Source: Marsupella aquatica (Eukaryota > Plantae > Marchantiophyta). Taken from it: a stretch of DNA of 64,000 bases. Position 1 is the stretch's first letter. Each line of letters opens with the position of its first letter. Below, piece after piece: positions 13,007 to 24,950 of this stretch. The notes under the pieces are model-generated. The model did no database searches. It was not told the origin of the DNA and saw only the letters and a program-made list of their open reading frames with translations. Location of the stretch: positions 6,621,079-6,685,078 of the forward strand of contig OZ316898.1 in the NCBI GenBank assembly GCA_973895155.1. The letters are read 5' to 3'. The translations under genes were made by a program, and so were the position numbers.

Positions 13007-13483
13007 GTAAGCTTCTTGTGCCTCCTTGCCGTCAGCAATCGTCGCCGTCTTCGTTTCTCTTTTGGTCCTGGAATGGTGTGAAATTTGGCCGTCTTTGTCC
13101 CCGAATGCAATTTTTGGTTCTTCTTTTCGAGAAACTGTGCAGCATTTTATGAAGTGAGGGGTTTTTCAGCTGTCAACTGTTCTCTGGTTTTGCTTTCTGT
13201 GAGTTGAATTCGTTTTTCTGAGTCGGTGGCAGAAATCATATGTGGATTCTTTTGGCTGTCTGCAATTGTTTGTGCTCGTAATGGCCATACCGTCCTCTCC
13301 TCCTCCGACCAGGAGCGATCCCTTGTTGTCAACTAGTTCTGATTTTTCCTTGGTGATGCGATCGGTTGTTTCGTAGGACGCAATTTGTCTGACGGGCTTC
13401 GTTGAGGGAGGAGAATGTGTCTGTTTAGGGTTCGCCGTTCGTAGATCATGTGGTTGAGGACTTTTTACAATTTCTGTGTGCAG
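13007..13483 (+). other. Putative 5'UTR intron of RPS10
   Basis: GTAAGC donor at 13007, T-rich body and TGTGTGCAG acceptor ending at 13483, 50 nt before the ATG. Confidence 0.65.
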
Positions 13484-13533
13484 GAGGTAAAACTTTATTG
13501 AGCTCTGCACAGTAACAGGCAAGACGGGGCGCC

Positions 13534-14100
13534 ATGTTGATTCCTAAGAAGAACCGCGTGGAGGTGTACAAGTATCTGTTCAAGGAGGGCGTGCTGTACG
13601 CCAAGAAGGACTATAATGCACCCAAGCACCCAGAGATCGATGTGCCCAACTTGCAGGTGATCAAGTTGATGCAGTCTTTCAAGTCGAAGGAATACGTGAA
13701 GGAGTCTTTTGCGTGGAGGCATTACTACTGGTACCTCACTAACGATGGTATCGAGCATTTGAGGACCTACTTGAATCTCCCGTCTGAGATTGTGCCGGCG
13801 ACTTTGAAGAAGTCTGCACGACCACCGAGCAGGCCGCTCGGGGCAGCCGGAGGTGACCGCCCACCCAGAGGGCCTCCTCGTTTTGGAGAGGGAGGAGATA
13901 GACCTCGTTTTAGTGACAGGGAAGGATACCGTGGAGGAGCTCCCCGGGGAGCTCCAGGAGGTGGATTCGCTGGTGGTGAGAAGGGAGGCGCCCCTGGAGA
14001 GTACCGACCTGAGTTCCGAGGGGGATCTGGCGGACGCGGAGGATTCGGACGTGGTGGTGGGAGCTTCGGCGGAGGTGCCCCCGGCGCTCCTGCCGAGTAG
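13534..14100 (+). CDS. RPS10: 40S ribosomal protein S10 (eS10), 188 aa, single coding exon
   Basis: [20 protein letters not shown]...[55 protein letters not shown] followed by a Gly/Arg-rich tail (EKGGAP...FRGG...GGFGRG). Confidence 0.98.
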   Translation: MLIPKKNRVEVYKYLFKEGVLYAKKDYNAPKHPEIDVPNLQVIKLMQSFKSKEYVKESFAWRHYYWYLTNDGIEHLRTYLNLPSEIVPATLKKSARPPSRPLGAAGGDRPPRGPPRFGEGGDRPRFSDREGYRGGAPRGAPGGGFAGGEKGGAPGEYRPEFRGGSGGRGGFGRGGGSFGGGAPGAPAE

Positions 14101-14444
14101 GAGAACTTCACCGGCTAGTTTTGCCCGGGCTAGACGTCCTGGATGGGCTGTGAGCTCGGCTAGAGTTCTGTTAGAGTGCAACCCGAATTGTCAACTCCAT
14201 TGTCAACCAATTTTTGAGTTAGTAAGTTACATTGCTGCCACTCTTGCAAATCTATATATTTTTACTTGTCAATGAATGATCTTGGGCAATTGAGTACTCA
14301 GCCATCAGCTTCTTGTCATAGTGGAAGGGAGTACACGGTAGTTTTTACGTCTGTATGCTTTGTGTAACTTTAACGGTGTTTCTACTCATCAGCGAAATCC
14401 CACTGTAGAATTACAATCTTAGGTACAAGGACTGCTTAATGGAT

Positions 14445-14560
14445 GTTTTGAACCTGTGACGCGTCTCCCGGGTGGATAAGTATAATTGATGAGCCGAATT
14501 GTCCGCGGATGATTGGCTTCTGCTTGTAATCTTAATTTAGGGTGGCCTCATCAACTTTTA
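14445..14560 (+). repeat. Dispersed ~130-bp element, copy 2
   Basis: Colinear similarity to 9285-9420. Confidence 0.7.
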
Positions 14561-15516
14561 CAGCTCACTTGAATCATGCTTTAGCCCAGTGTGCTTTTTT
14601 GTGGCTTTGTTAATATCACTAGCAGGACGAAATACGGGTGCCAAAAGCCAAGATGGAACGAGCCTACCCGCCTGCGGGGTGATTTGCATTCGAGTCGTTG
14701 TCTCCAAATGAAAAGTTTACCAGGGCAAGACTCCAACAATTTGTATCTGACCATCGTTTCAGACAGTAGATTGTAGCATCATTTTTTCCATATGCTGGGG
14801 ATCCATCACCAAGGCCGATTGCTCTTCTGTGTTCTTGAACGCTGTTTTTTAGGCAATCGAAGTCATTGTGTACGATGAGACATTGTTACTTAGGCGTGTA
14901 CGAAGATGGATATAAATAAAAGACTTCACAGAATCGTTTTTGTGGATCTTCAAGTGATGTAAATGTAGCTATGTTATACGGGTGGTGAGAACACCGGTCG
15001 TTTGTGTTAGAAACCTACACTTTTCCACTAATGAATTTTATCAGCCCACATGAGTCCATCACCTAATTTTTGGCCTCGCCGAGTCATCAACTACTTTCGA
15101 AGGATCTTCGTATCTACTTCCTCGTGGTGGAGTAAATGCAGTTCTTGGAAACAGAGGATATGGAATGGTCTCATTCTATTTGACGAAGGAAAGCAACATG
15201 CGAATTTTGTATAATTTGCGGCAAAGACATGCTTTACAGATCAACGGATAAAACCCAAATAGCGAAAATCAGACCTCCCAATACGTGGAAACTAAGGATC
15301 CTGAGGTCTGAACTGAAGAAACAAGGCCACCCGAAACCATGTCCCTATTGACAAATTCAGAGACCTTGGGTTGTCATGTCATGCTCCCCTAAATCACACT
15401 ACCATTTCATAGGGGGAGGTGAAGCTTTCATAGGGAGAGGTGAAGGACTCCGTTATGAAGATTAGAACCATCTCTGCTGTGCACCCGTGTGAACTGCCAG
15501 AAAATGAACCTCAAAA

Positions 15517-15665
15517 TTTTACCCACAAACAGGAGGGAATGCCGAAAGTGCATGTGAGCATTCCCACTGGCCCTGTAAACACCCCACAAACAAGTTTTAC
15601 CCACAAACAGGAGTGAATGCTGAAAGAGCATGTGAGCAGCCCCACTGGCCTTGTAAATACCCACG
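15517..15665. repeat. Tandem duplication, ~78-bp unit x2
   Basis: TTTTACCCACAAACAGGAG...CATGTGAGCA...CCCACTGGCC occurs twice. Confidence 0.8.
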
Positions 15666-16940
15666 GTGTGATGTATTCAGGGACTTGGCCCTTGAAAGGT
15701 CGTGTCTAAATCTCCACGACAGTGCACCTCCTTTACAGCGGCTCTCCTGAAATGCCACTTTCGCTCTCCGTGCATTGGCCTTGGCGTGCAGGGAACTCCA
15801 CCATCCCTCCCCGATTTCTTTGGACGGTCTCGACGCTGGATGGGCGTCCTGCCACTGAAAATGGGACTATCCGTAGATGCACCTTCACTCGTGCGCTGCA
15901 GCTCTTGATCCCTTGCTTGAATCAGAGTCGGGTGGCAATGGCCACCGGGTACAAAATACCAGAAGTCGTGTAAAGAGTGACCTGAGGGAATGCTCTTAGG
16001 CTGGGGAATCAAACTGAGCAGTGGAGAATCAAGCACGTCTTGCTAATCTAAATTGGACCTGCAGCATGTCACCATGAGATCCTCTTTTATAATGTTGACT
16101 ATAAAGAAAAGCCCCGCTTGCAGTAGGTGACATACCAAGAGGGGTATTTGGCTTTCAATATTTTGCGTGTACATTATGGAAGAGAGTAGGAGTCTCTTTT
16201 GTTGCATGGTAGTATCTTAGGACTCATTTCAGCATTGCACAAGCTGTCACTTCGACAAAGAGTTAAAGGTTCGAGATGTCTTCAGTACTGAAGTATATAT
16301 ACGTATATCTATTCTATAAAGTGCGACGTGATTTTGTTGTGGAGGGGCATAACAGCAAGGGGTGTAACCATTGCTACGTACCAGGGGCATAACATATCTC
16401 TCTGGGTGCGAGTGGGTGGGCATAATGTCGGGGTACTAAAGAATCGTTGATGTGCTAACACGAGTAAAACCATTAACATGAACAAGAAATAATGTTCAGT
16501 TTCTCCAATGAGCCGGGGCAGATTGGGCGACTACATCGTAGGTCCATGGACTGAACTGGCTGAATACACGGTAGTTTCACGCACCGTTGGTGCTCATCAT
16601 TCATACCCTCGCTCCCATGGGAGCATACTTCAGTTGGGAACGGAAAAGGGAAGGGTGGGAGGACCCAACGTGCATGGCAAACCCATAACGCCGGCTCACA
16701 ATTTTCAGCTGTTTGAGCTAACTTGGAGCAGGTGGGATATGGCTACAACGTACCGCCTTCTTGGGGAGCGTTTTGTTGTGTTCATGGGCGTCTTACCGTC
16801 TTGAACATCGTGGTGGGCATAGTTGATGGGCTGGGTTGATTGTTGCTCTTTTCGTTGCACTGGGATGGCGGTGTAAATGTTTGTTGTAAAAGTGGTTGGG
16901 TTTGTAGGGCACAATGTAGTCCTGAGAGGCTTTGCCATGT

Positions 16941-17215
16941 GTCATTCGAGATCTCAGTCATATGTCATTCATCAATCTTAAGTCATTCGTCAGTACGTGT
17001 CCATGTCATATTCTTGGTTCGAGATTTCAGTCATTTGTCATTCATCAATCTGAAGTTATACGTCATTACATGTCCAATCATATACCTTCGTTCGAGATTT
17101 CACTCATTTGCCATCCATCAATCTGAAGTCATTCGTCAGTACTGTCCATTCCATAAACATTCATTCTAGATTTCTGTCATTTGTCATTCATCAATCTCAA
17201 GTCATTCGTCAGTCT
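16941..17215. repeat. Degenerate tandem repeat, ~73-bp unit x4
   Basis: TTCGAGATTTCAGTCATTTGTCATTCATCAATCTGAAGTCATTCGTCAGT-like units start at about 16945, 17018, 17090 and 17164. Confidence 0.85.
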
Positions 17216-17612
17216 CATACCTTGGTCCCTTCAAACAGTCTGCAGTTATTTCTTCAGTAAATTTCTGTTCCTTGTGCCTTTGTTACTCACAAGAGTCTGG
17301 AATCTTCGGCAGTTTCCTTTACTCATACTTGTATTCTTTTCTACATTCCTTAGCCATTCGTCAGTAGAATTTTCTCCCTCACACGATCTCCTGTCATCCA
17401 TCATTCGAGTCTTCACACCTTCTATCCCTGTCCATGTAAGTATTTAAGGAATTTTTTTTGGCAAATCGTTTCACACCGACATCGTTTGTACTTGCCCATT
17501 CTTCTGGATACTGTTTTTCCCACACCTCCATCTACCTGGACAGCTGAAGCGTCAATTTTTACAATTTCACGTATTACTTGTGCTCCCTTCCCCCTTTGTG
17601 TCGCTATTTATC

Positions 17613-18156
17613 ATGGCGGGCCAAGGTGCAGGTCCAAGTAAAGGCCCACGTGCAGGTCGAAGGAAGGGCCCAAAAGCGGGCTCAGGAGCAAGCTCAGGCC
17701 GTAAACGATCACGCTCTGATACTAGCTCTGGTGAGTCAATGTCAATCATTAATTGATGTTGTGAATTTTCAGTTAGACAAAGTCTTCCACTTAGTGTGAG
17801 AGCAACATTTAGGTCTGCTAAATTTACAGTGGAAAATTGAACTTCATATTTATATGCTAAAAATCGTTTCATCTCGTCCCGGTGCTGTAGGGAATGAAGA
17901 TAAAGATTTGCCACCGATCAATTTCCGCGAAATATGGGCAGAGCTCGTTTTTTCGCAGGTGCAAAAATTGGTAGAGGCTAGCAGCAAGCTAGTCTATTAC
18001 AACGCCAAATTTGCAGCTACTGCAATTACCGAGGAGGATGGGAAGCTTGCTCTGACGTTGTTTGATCATTCTGAGAGAGTGGGCCAAGAGGTTCTTCAAC
18101 TGGCTGACTTCGTAGACGAGTACAGAACAAGAGAATTCAACAAACCCCAAACATAG
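17613..18156 (+). CDS. Predicted two-exon orphan gene (17613-17730, 17891-18156), 127 aa, basic N-terminus
   Basis: ATG in TCATGG context, perfect GTGAGT donor at 17731 and TGTAG acceptor at 17890. The phase-1 splice joins MAGQGAGPSKGPRAGRRKGPK...GRKRSRSDTSSG in frame to NEDKDLPPINFREIW...FNKPQT*. Confidence 0.55.
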
Positions 18157-18408
18157 GTACTTTTGCTCTTGGTGTTAACATTCTCCTCAAATGTTCATCG
18201 TTCATATATTGGCTCTCTGTAGTACTTGAGTTGGACAATACAGCAGTGTCCCTATCGTTCTTGAGTTGCCTAATGTGGTCGTTGAGAACATTGTAGATGA
18301 ACACTGATGTCCTGAATCGAGGTGCTCATCTATGTGGATGCAGGGTGTTTAAAGAACCGGCATCTGGGTTGATTTGACATACAGTTGGCCGGCTTTGGTG
18401 GTTCATCA

Positions 18409-18600
18409 ACTAGCTATGAAATTCAATGGATGAAATAAACTTTGACAAAGTACTCATATTGTGAAAGCTGGAGTGAGAGGAATGTAGTTTCTGAGTGCGA
18501 CATGCATACTAGCCATGAAATTCAATGGTTGAAAGCAACTTTGACAAAGTACTCATATTGTTAGACCTGGAGTGAGAGAAATGAAGTTTCAGAGAGCGAC
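18409..18600. repeat. Tandem duplication, ~98-bp unit x2
   Basis: ACTAGC(T/C)ATGAAATTCAATGG...AACTTTGACAAAGTACTCATATTGT...CTGGAGTGAGAG occurs twice. Confidence 0.85.
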
Positions 18601-18835
18601 ACATATGGTGAGAGAAAAATAAATAAAGCAGTCATGTGTGGTGAGAGCACTGGCTTTTTCTACCAAATTAGTGTCGCAGAGTTGTTGTAAGCTATTTCAG
18701 AGCTTAAACAGCCTGCGCTGGACAGCATCCATCTTTTTCGAATTTTTTAGGAGGATCCAGCTTATAATCAATCTTGTCTTAAATTGATTCTTCCTTAGAT
18801 TTTTAAATTGGACAAAGAATGTAACTGTTGTTAGT

Positions 18836-21141
18836 TGTTAGAGTGAGAGAATGATGAAATTGATTCATGTTGGTTGGAAAGTAACCTTATATACATGAGG
18901 GGTGTCCGATTAGAACATGTGATTAGCATAACCACGGTTATGTCTACTGGGGTTATAACACTCCCCCTTGGCTATATAGTAGCAACTATGTAGGCAATCT
19001 ATAGTAGACATATCTAAGGTAAAATCAAATCATGCTTATAGATAATGCATGATTTAAGTACAAGTGAGGAGGATTGCACAAACTTCATGTTGGGGTATTA
19101 AGTTGCAAGTATGAGGTTTGATGAGTGGAATATGAAGAGGGTTTTCTCCAAGAGATGAGTGTCAGCAACTGGCTCTTCACACAAAGCAAGGGTTGAGGTT
19201 ATCCTAAACAAGTCGTTGTTATAGGATGCTACTGAAGTAAAGTCTTTTACGCGGAGGTTAAGCCACTCTTGGGGTGCTCTCAGGATTGCCACCAGCTTTT
19301 GGTGGTCAAAACTTGTTTGGAGGGCTTGCCAAAGCTCTTGGGGGGAGGTAAGGTGTAGGTATTGCATTTGTAAAAATGCATGTAGGTGTTGGCAGATAAA
19401 GACAAGTGCTTGTGTTTCTTCCGCTTGAGTAAGTGGTTGAAGGTTGAGGGTCATTAGTCGTTCTATGGCTGGTAGTAAGGATTCAGTGATTAGGTTGGCA
19501 CGTAGGTCGAGAGACCATGCGAGGTAGTTGCTACCGTCTAATGCTAGTGCGGGAAACTGGAGCTTCTCTAAATTAGCCATTTCTAAGCGATAAAAAACTA
19601 TATTTTTTAAGTATACTATAGGTTTTATATTGAGAATGGAAAGCCCATTTTGCGCATGCAAATGGGGTTCAGGGTAGAGAATGGCATGCAAGGTAATCAA
19701 GGTATGCAAATCTGTGCTTTTGGTTTTATGCAAACAAGGCAATTATGCACTTAAGCTTTGTGTTTTTCTATAAGTGCACATAATTCTTCGTAGACAAAGG
19801 TGCACTTTGTTTAGGTTTGCACTTAAAGAGGTTTTTCAATTAGAATGGATAAGTGCACATTTTTCTTTGTAAATGAAAATTCTCTTTCACATGCATTGCA
19901 ATTACAGAGGTTTTACACTTATCACTTTATGTCCGTGTTTTCTCGATGTTTTTGCTACGTTGTTGCTGAGTTTCGGTGTGTCTATTGAGATCTGCTTCTC
20001 GCTTTTGATTGGTATGCTGTCTCGCAAGCAAACACAACATTGATCTCCACACCGTTCTCACAACTTTATTTGCAATTGGTAATGATTCAATTCTTGGACA
20101 AATTCAACTGTTTTCATTTGGTCTTCATCAAAATTTATTTTTCTCTTTATCCTCTCTTCATCGTTGGTTTGCTATTTGCTGTGCCAATCTTCTTTATGAT
20201 GCTTTCATTTCCAATCCTACGGTGTCCTTCCTTTTTCTTTCACTTTGTTTTCAGTTTCAGTCACATTATATGTCTCTCGCTTCAATGCTGTGTGCGGATT
20301 GTGGCAGTTATTTCTACTAAGTCGATTTGCTGCACTCCAGTACTTGGTACTTTTTGTTTGTTTTGCATAATCAAGATTTCCTCAACTATCCTTCAGGGTC
20401 AACATAGATATGTGGGAAGAGTTGATGGCTAATGAAGCATTGCATTTGCTTTTCTTGTGATCAATCTATCCACATGACATTCAACACAGATTTGTTTTTC
20501 CAAGGAAAATAAACACAAGCACACCGGCTACTTGTTTCATGGCCCAAAACAATGTCGATTGAATGATTCTTGTTGTTCCTGAAAGAGAATAACTCAATTC
20601 CCTTTTCTATTTTGCACAATAGGGAAATGTCTATCATGCAATTAAGTATGTTCCGCCCTGGTTTATAAAAACTGCAAAGCCTGGAGCATTCGATTGTTCT
20701 CTTTAGCTTTCAATTGGAAAATGTGAATTTCCTCTCTTCTTCGTGTGAAGGGATTTCTGTCTCTGGTGCCAATCGCTCCTCATTGATTGTCATTCTCTTT
20801 GAGAACCGGCAAGTTAATTTCATAGGAGATGTTCAGAAGGCAAGATGCATGGGCACTACTCCAACTCTTCTTTGTTACAATCAGTCTTGTCCATTCATTC
20901 TGCATGTCTTAAACATTCGTTTATCTCATTTTGAATAGGAAGTGCCATAGATGTTGCCTCCCAATGTGCCAGTTTCTCAAGGTAACCTTGGCTGGCTAGA
21001 GACACGTGCTGATAACGTGTTAGAGTGAGAGAATGATGGAATTGATTAATGTTGGCTGGAAAGTAACCTTATATACATGAGGGGTGTCCGGTTAGGACAT
21101 GTGGTTAGCATAACCACGATTATGTCTACTGGGGTATAACA
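18836..21141 (-). mobile_element. Non-autonomous Ty1/Copia LTR element, Bianca-like (LTRs 18836-18960 and 21018-21141; partial gag, no pol)
   Basis: About 125-bp TG..CA direct repeats with about 7 substitutions and 1 indel. Minus-strand PBS CGTTATCAGCACG (half-tRNA-Ile type) abuts the 5' LTR, and PPT AAGGGGGAG abuts the 3' LTR. The gag MANLEKLQFPALALDGSNYLAWSLDL...QEWLNLRVKDFTSVASYN...LLEKTL resembles Bianca gag. No matching TSD. Confidence 0.88.
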
Positions 21142-21901
21142 ACTGAGTTGTTGTATTTTCTCTTTTTGACCCAGAATACAATTTTATTCAGACTAACAGG
21201 CACACACGAGAGCATCCGACCTTAATCCTCAATCAACCTCAACAACATGACTTCCTGTAAATTTGCGAAAAGAGACTTGATCAACTAGAACAAAAAGAGT
21301 GATCAACTAGAACCTTCTGGTTCCTAATCCGGCTATGAACCTAAAGAGAGATTAGGTTCATAGCCAGATATTTAACCTCAAAACGAGGCACCAAAATCAC
21401 AGCAGAAGAGTGACAATGCTCAAAAACACAGTCCTGGCCACTCTACATTAGAGAGGCAGCCTCAACCTTCACCGTGGCACCCCACATTTGACTGTTCCTT
21501 GTTTTCTTGTGCTGTTCATTATGTCGATTGGAGGCCATATCTCCAGGTGTCTATTATCACAGCCTTTTGGACAGCGGGTGTCTATTGCTTTGCCCACGGC
21601 ACAGACCTTCACTATTCTTCGTAAGGGAGAGACAATTGGTTTCTGGGCTTCTAGTTGGATGCCCTTGCTTGACCCTCCAATGCAGTTTACGCCTGAGCTA
21701 GACCAGGCTCTTCAGTTTATTGGTAGGTAGGGTGTAGGATTTAGGTTTTTGATTCTTTGGCTTTTCTTGCCTTGGGCTTATGCCCTGGTCCTTAATTTTG
21801 GCTTTTTGGCCTTTAGTTTGCTTTTTCTCCATTGATTGGGTTTCTTGCCTGAGGGATTTTGTCTCTGGGATGGATGCTTTTTGTTTTTTGGCAGTTTGAT
21901 A

Positions 21902-22111
21902 TATATCAATAAGTGCTCGAAACAATCATCTCAAACTGTAGCCTAATCAAGAACGGTTGTCATCCACAATGCTTTATACAGGAAAAAATCTTGGTGTTTA
22001 GTATCTTATATCAATAAGTGCTCGAAACAATCATCTCAAACTGTAGCCTAATCAAGAAAGGTTGTCATCCACAATGCTTTATACAGGAAAAGCCTTTGTG
22101 TGTAGTATCTT
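21902..22111. repeat. Tandem duplication, ~105-bp unit x2
   Basis: TATATCAATAAGTGCTCGAAACAATCATCTCAAACTGTAGCC... repeated nearly exactly. Confidence 0.9.
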
Positions 22112-24053
22112 ACTTATAAAACACGAACTACAAGCTAGAGTTGGGGCCTAGGCCTAGAGTAAAGCCTCTAGACCATAACTCCATGGCCCACCATGTGCAT
22201 GGGAAAACTCATGGCTATGATGTATGTCAAATGATAATCATGCATATTTTTTTGTCAGGGTTTCTATTTATATTAAAAAAATGGGCTCTATAGCCCCACC
22301 ATAACATATGTGCATAGAAGAGGGATGTGCATAGAAAGGATGATAGTATGTTATGTATAAGTATGATTATTAAAATGATGACACCTCTATGCTATTCACA
22401 TTCAAAGAATGGGTAGTTGGGGCTAGTACTTGTAAAAACTGCATCAGAACTGGAGGCAGACGGTATGTGATTACAATAATGATTTCAGATTGAGGCCTTA
22501 ATCCCTTATTAAATAGACTATTGGAGAGCATTGAATACTGGCTGTGGGATTGAGAGGCATACAGAATCCAACCCATGGACATCATGCGTGTGTGTGTTTG
22601 TGTTTGCAATCTTCTCTGTTGCTTTGCTTTGGGGGTCACTCAACACCACAGTCACTCAGTGCTACAGTCAGTAAAACTAATTGACAGAAAAGAAAACCCT
22701 TAGCTACTAACCTGCACCCCAAACTACACTGTTTGCCGCAATAAGTCTCGGTGACACTATTTGTGTAACCTAATTTTGTTGGGTTTACTCATGTAATTAA
22801 TATAGACTAATACAAATAGTGTGCACATTAAATAAAATTAGTGTAACACTGATTCTATTTTTGAATAACACATTATTTTGGAGAGTAGGTTAGTACTAAT
22901 TCTGCTTGTGCATAACATTATATGGAGTTTTTGCTTGGAGTCCTCTAGTGAAAGACAACTACTTCATACAAGCAAGAGTTGGAGGGTTCTAATGCATAGA
23001 TACAAAAGACATTGCTCTCTCATTTCTGACTGCTAAGGAACAGAATGCTCATGCATTTAATTAAGATCACTAGAAAATTAAAAGTTACAAATTAGGGAAG
23101 AGAGCCTCAACTTGGCTACACTAGTCGCCAAAAACATTGTCAGCACAAATCAGAAGTATGATTCACTTGACAAATGTGAATTGCTCCAGTTCATAGAATT
23201 CCAACCTACATAGTCATAGCCCAAGTTAGTGTTAATATTCTATTTAAACCCGCTCCACTCTTAGATTAAGATTACCTACATCAATCAATTAGGCCTGTGG
23301 TTTCCCCCTTCTTTTCTTTCGGCCCATCGTGCGTGAATAAGTTAGGGTTTTTAAAACTCAATTGAGCAGAAGATTTTACAATTTTTGCTGAAGAACATTT
23401 GGGGTGTATTAATCCAATTTTGATAATTAGGCTGTATTAATCCAATTTTGAGAATTAGGCAAACTATAGGAGTTTTTTATAACTGATTTTTGAATATTCC
23501 ATAAAGTTAGGGGTTAAAACTTTACTTGGATATTTTTATATTGAAGACTTTGTGCTTGATATGGGACCTTCCTTGGAGTGAGACTAATATCAAGATGAGG
23601 CCAATTATGGTGAACAGTGTACATGTGACCACCTTAACCAATCTAATCTAACCTGGGGTGGCCTCCCAAAACTTGCTGTAAGTGTAACCCACATGGCTCC
23701 TTTCCTCGTCCATCATCATGACCTTTTGTGTTTGAATAGTGGCATTGTGTTCAATATTAGGCATTATGATGATTGAGGGTGGGCCAAATTTGGTGAGACA
23801 AAATTATAGAATAAGGATTTAGAGGATCAATTTCTCTGATTTCTACTGCATTTGCACATATATGTAACTATTTGTAGATTTGTCAAGTGCCATTTCAATT
23901 GACTATGTGTGACAATATTGCTCCAGAAATTGCTGCTAGCATTGTTGTCAAGATGTGAAGGCTATCAACGGCTTTTTGTTACTTTGCTTATTGTGACAGG
24001 AAATTCTCGTCGCTTCTTTGATCAACCATTAGATCCCTGTCTTGATCTATGGC

Positions 24054-24950
24054 TGTTGTTTCGTTTACTTTTGTGTTAAGCTTCTCAGTCTTGCTTACAC
24101 TGTAAATGTCATGCAAGGTTTATGTGTCTTGGTTTGGTTGAATTTCAGACCGCGCCCCTCGTCCTAGCTCTGTGCTGGACAGGACTGTCCATGGCCTTTA
24201 TGTACCCTTCGGGAAAAAAACTGGAATACACTTTGTGGAAATGCATCACAATATATTGTCGTCCAACCAATTTTCATTCATACGCACACTGTCTATTTGT
24301 GTTTTACAATGTGTTCTCTTTCTTTAGCATCACAGGTTATGCAGGCCTAGATGTTGTTTGATTCATACTGAGTGAATATGTCGTTGCTCACACATTTTAT
24401 TTTAGTTTTTCCATTATGTATGGCATTCTCTTTCCGAGACTCGAGTCATTTGATTACTAAACTTGAAGGCAATCTTAACTATGAGAATTGGCAAATGCTT
24501 GTCTCTGCAAGCTTAGCTGCTGGTAGTGTCCGGAAAGTCATGGATGGAACTGCTACTCTGCCGGTTCAACAGGTACATGAACGGGATTATCTCTTTCAAG
24601 CACGTCTTGAATATTACAATGCTCAAGGTGCTCATGCTCGTATGATAATTCTTTCCACATGCAAACCACACATTCAGACGTCCATAGCTAGTATCACTAC
24701 GGCCAAGGAATGCTGGGAACATCTGAAGCAGACCTATTAGCCTCAAGGATTGATTCAGAAGCATGATAATGTGAATTTTGTCGAATTACAATATCGTGGG
24801 GAGGAGATGGAAGTGTTCAACATTTCCTATTGTGAAGCCATTGATAGTTGTACTGCAGCAGGGATTAAGATCAATCCTGTGGTACAGATCATGCAGTTTA
24901 TTCATTATGGACGAACATTTTGATCAATGGGCGTTTTCTTTGGCATCACA
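24054..24950 (+). mobile_element. Copia remnant (5' LTR, PBS, truncated gag) related to the element at 36304-41274
   Basis: The LTR end ATCACA followed by GGTTATG (24329-24341) matches the intact element. gag SHLITKLEGNLNYENWQ...ARMIILSTCKPHIQ...TAKECWEHL aligns with HLVPHLLGSSNYKSWK...ARNIILSTCSESIQ...TAQECWTNL. In-frame stop at 24738-24740. Confidence 0.8.

Noticed and set aside
13495-14275. Overlapping and antisense ORFs around RPS10
   Set aside because: Shadows of a GC-rich, Gly/Arg-biased CDS.
21480-21910. LINE 3' remnant (also considered at about 10230-10640)
   Set aside because: Only a vague resemblance (T-rich tail, short frames); no RT or endonuclease motif seen.
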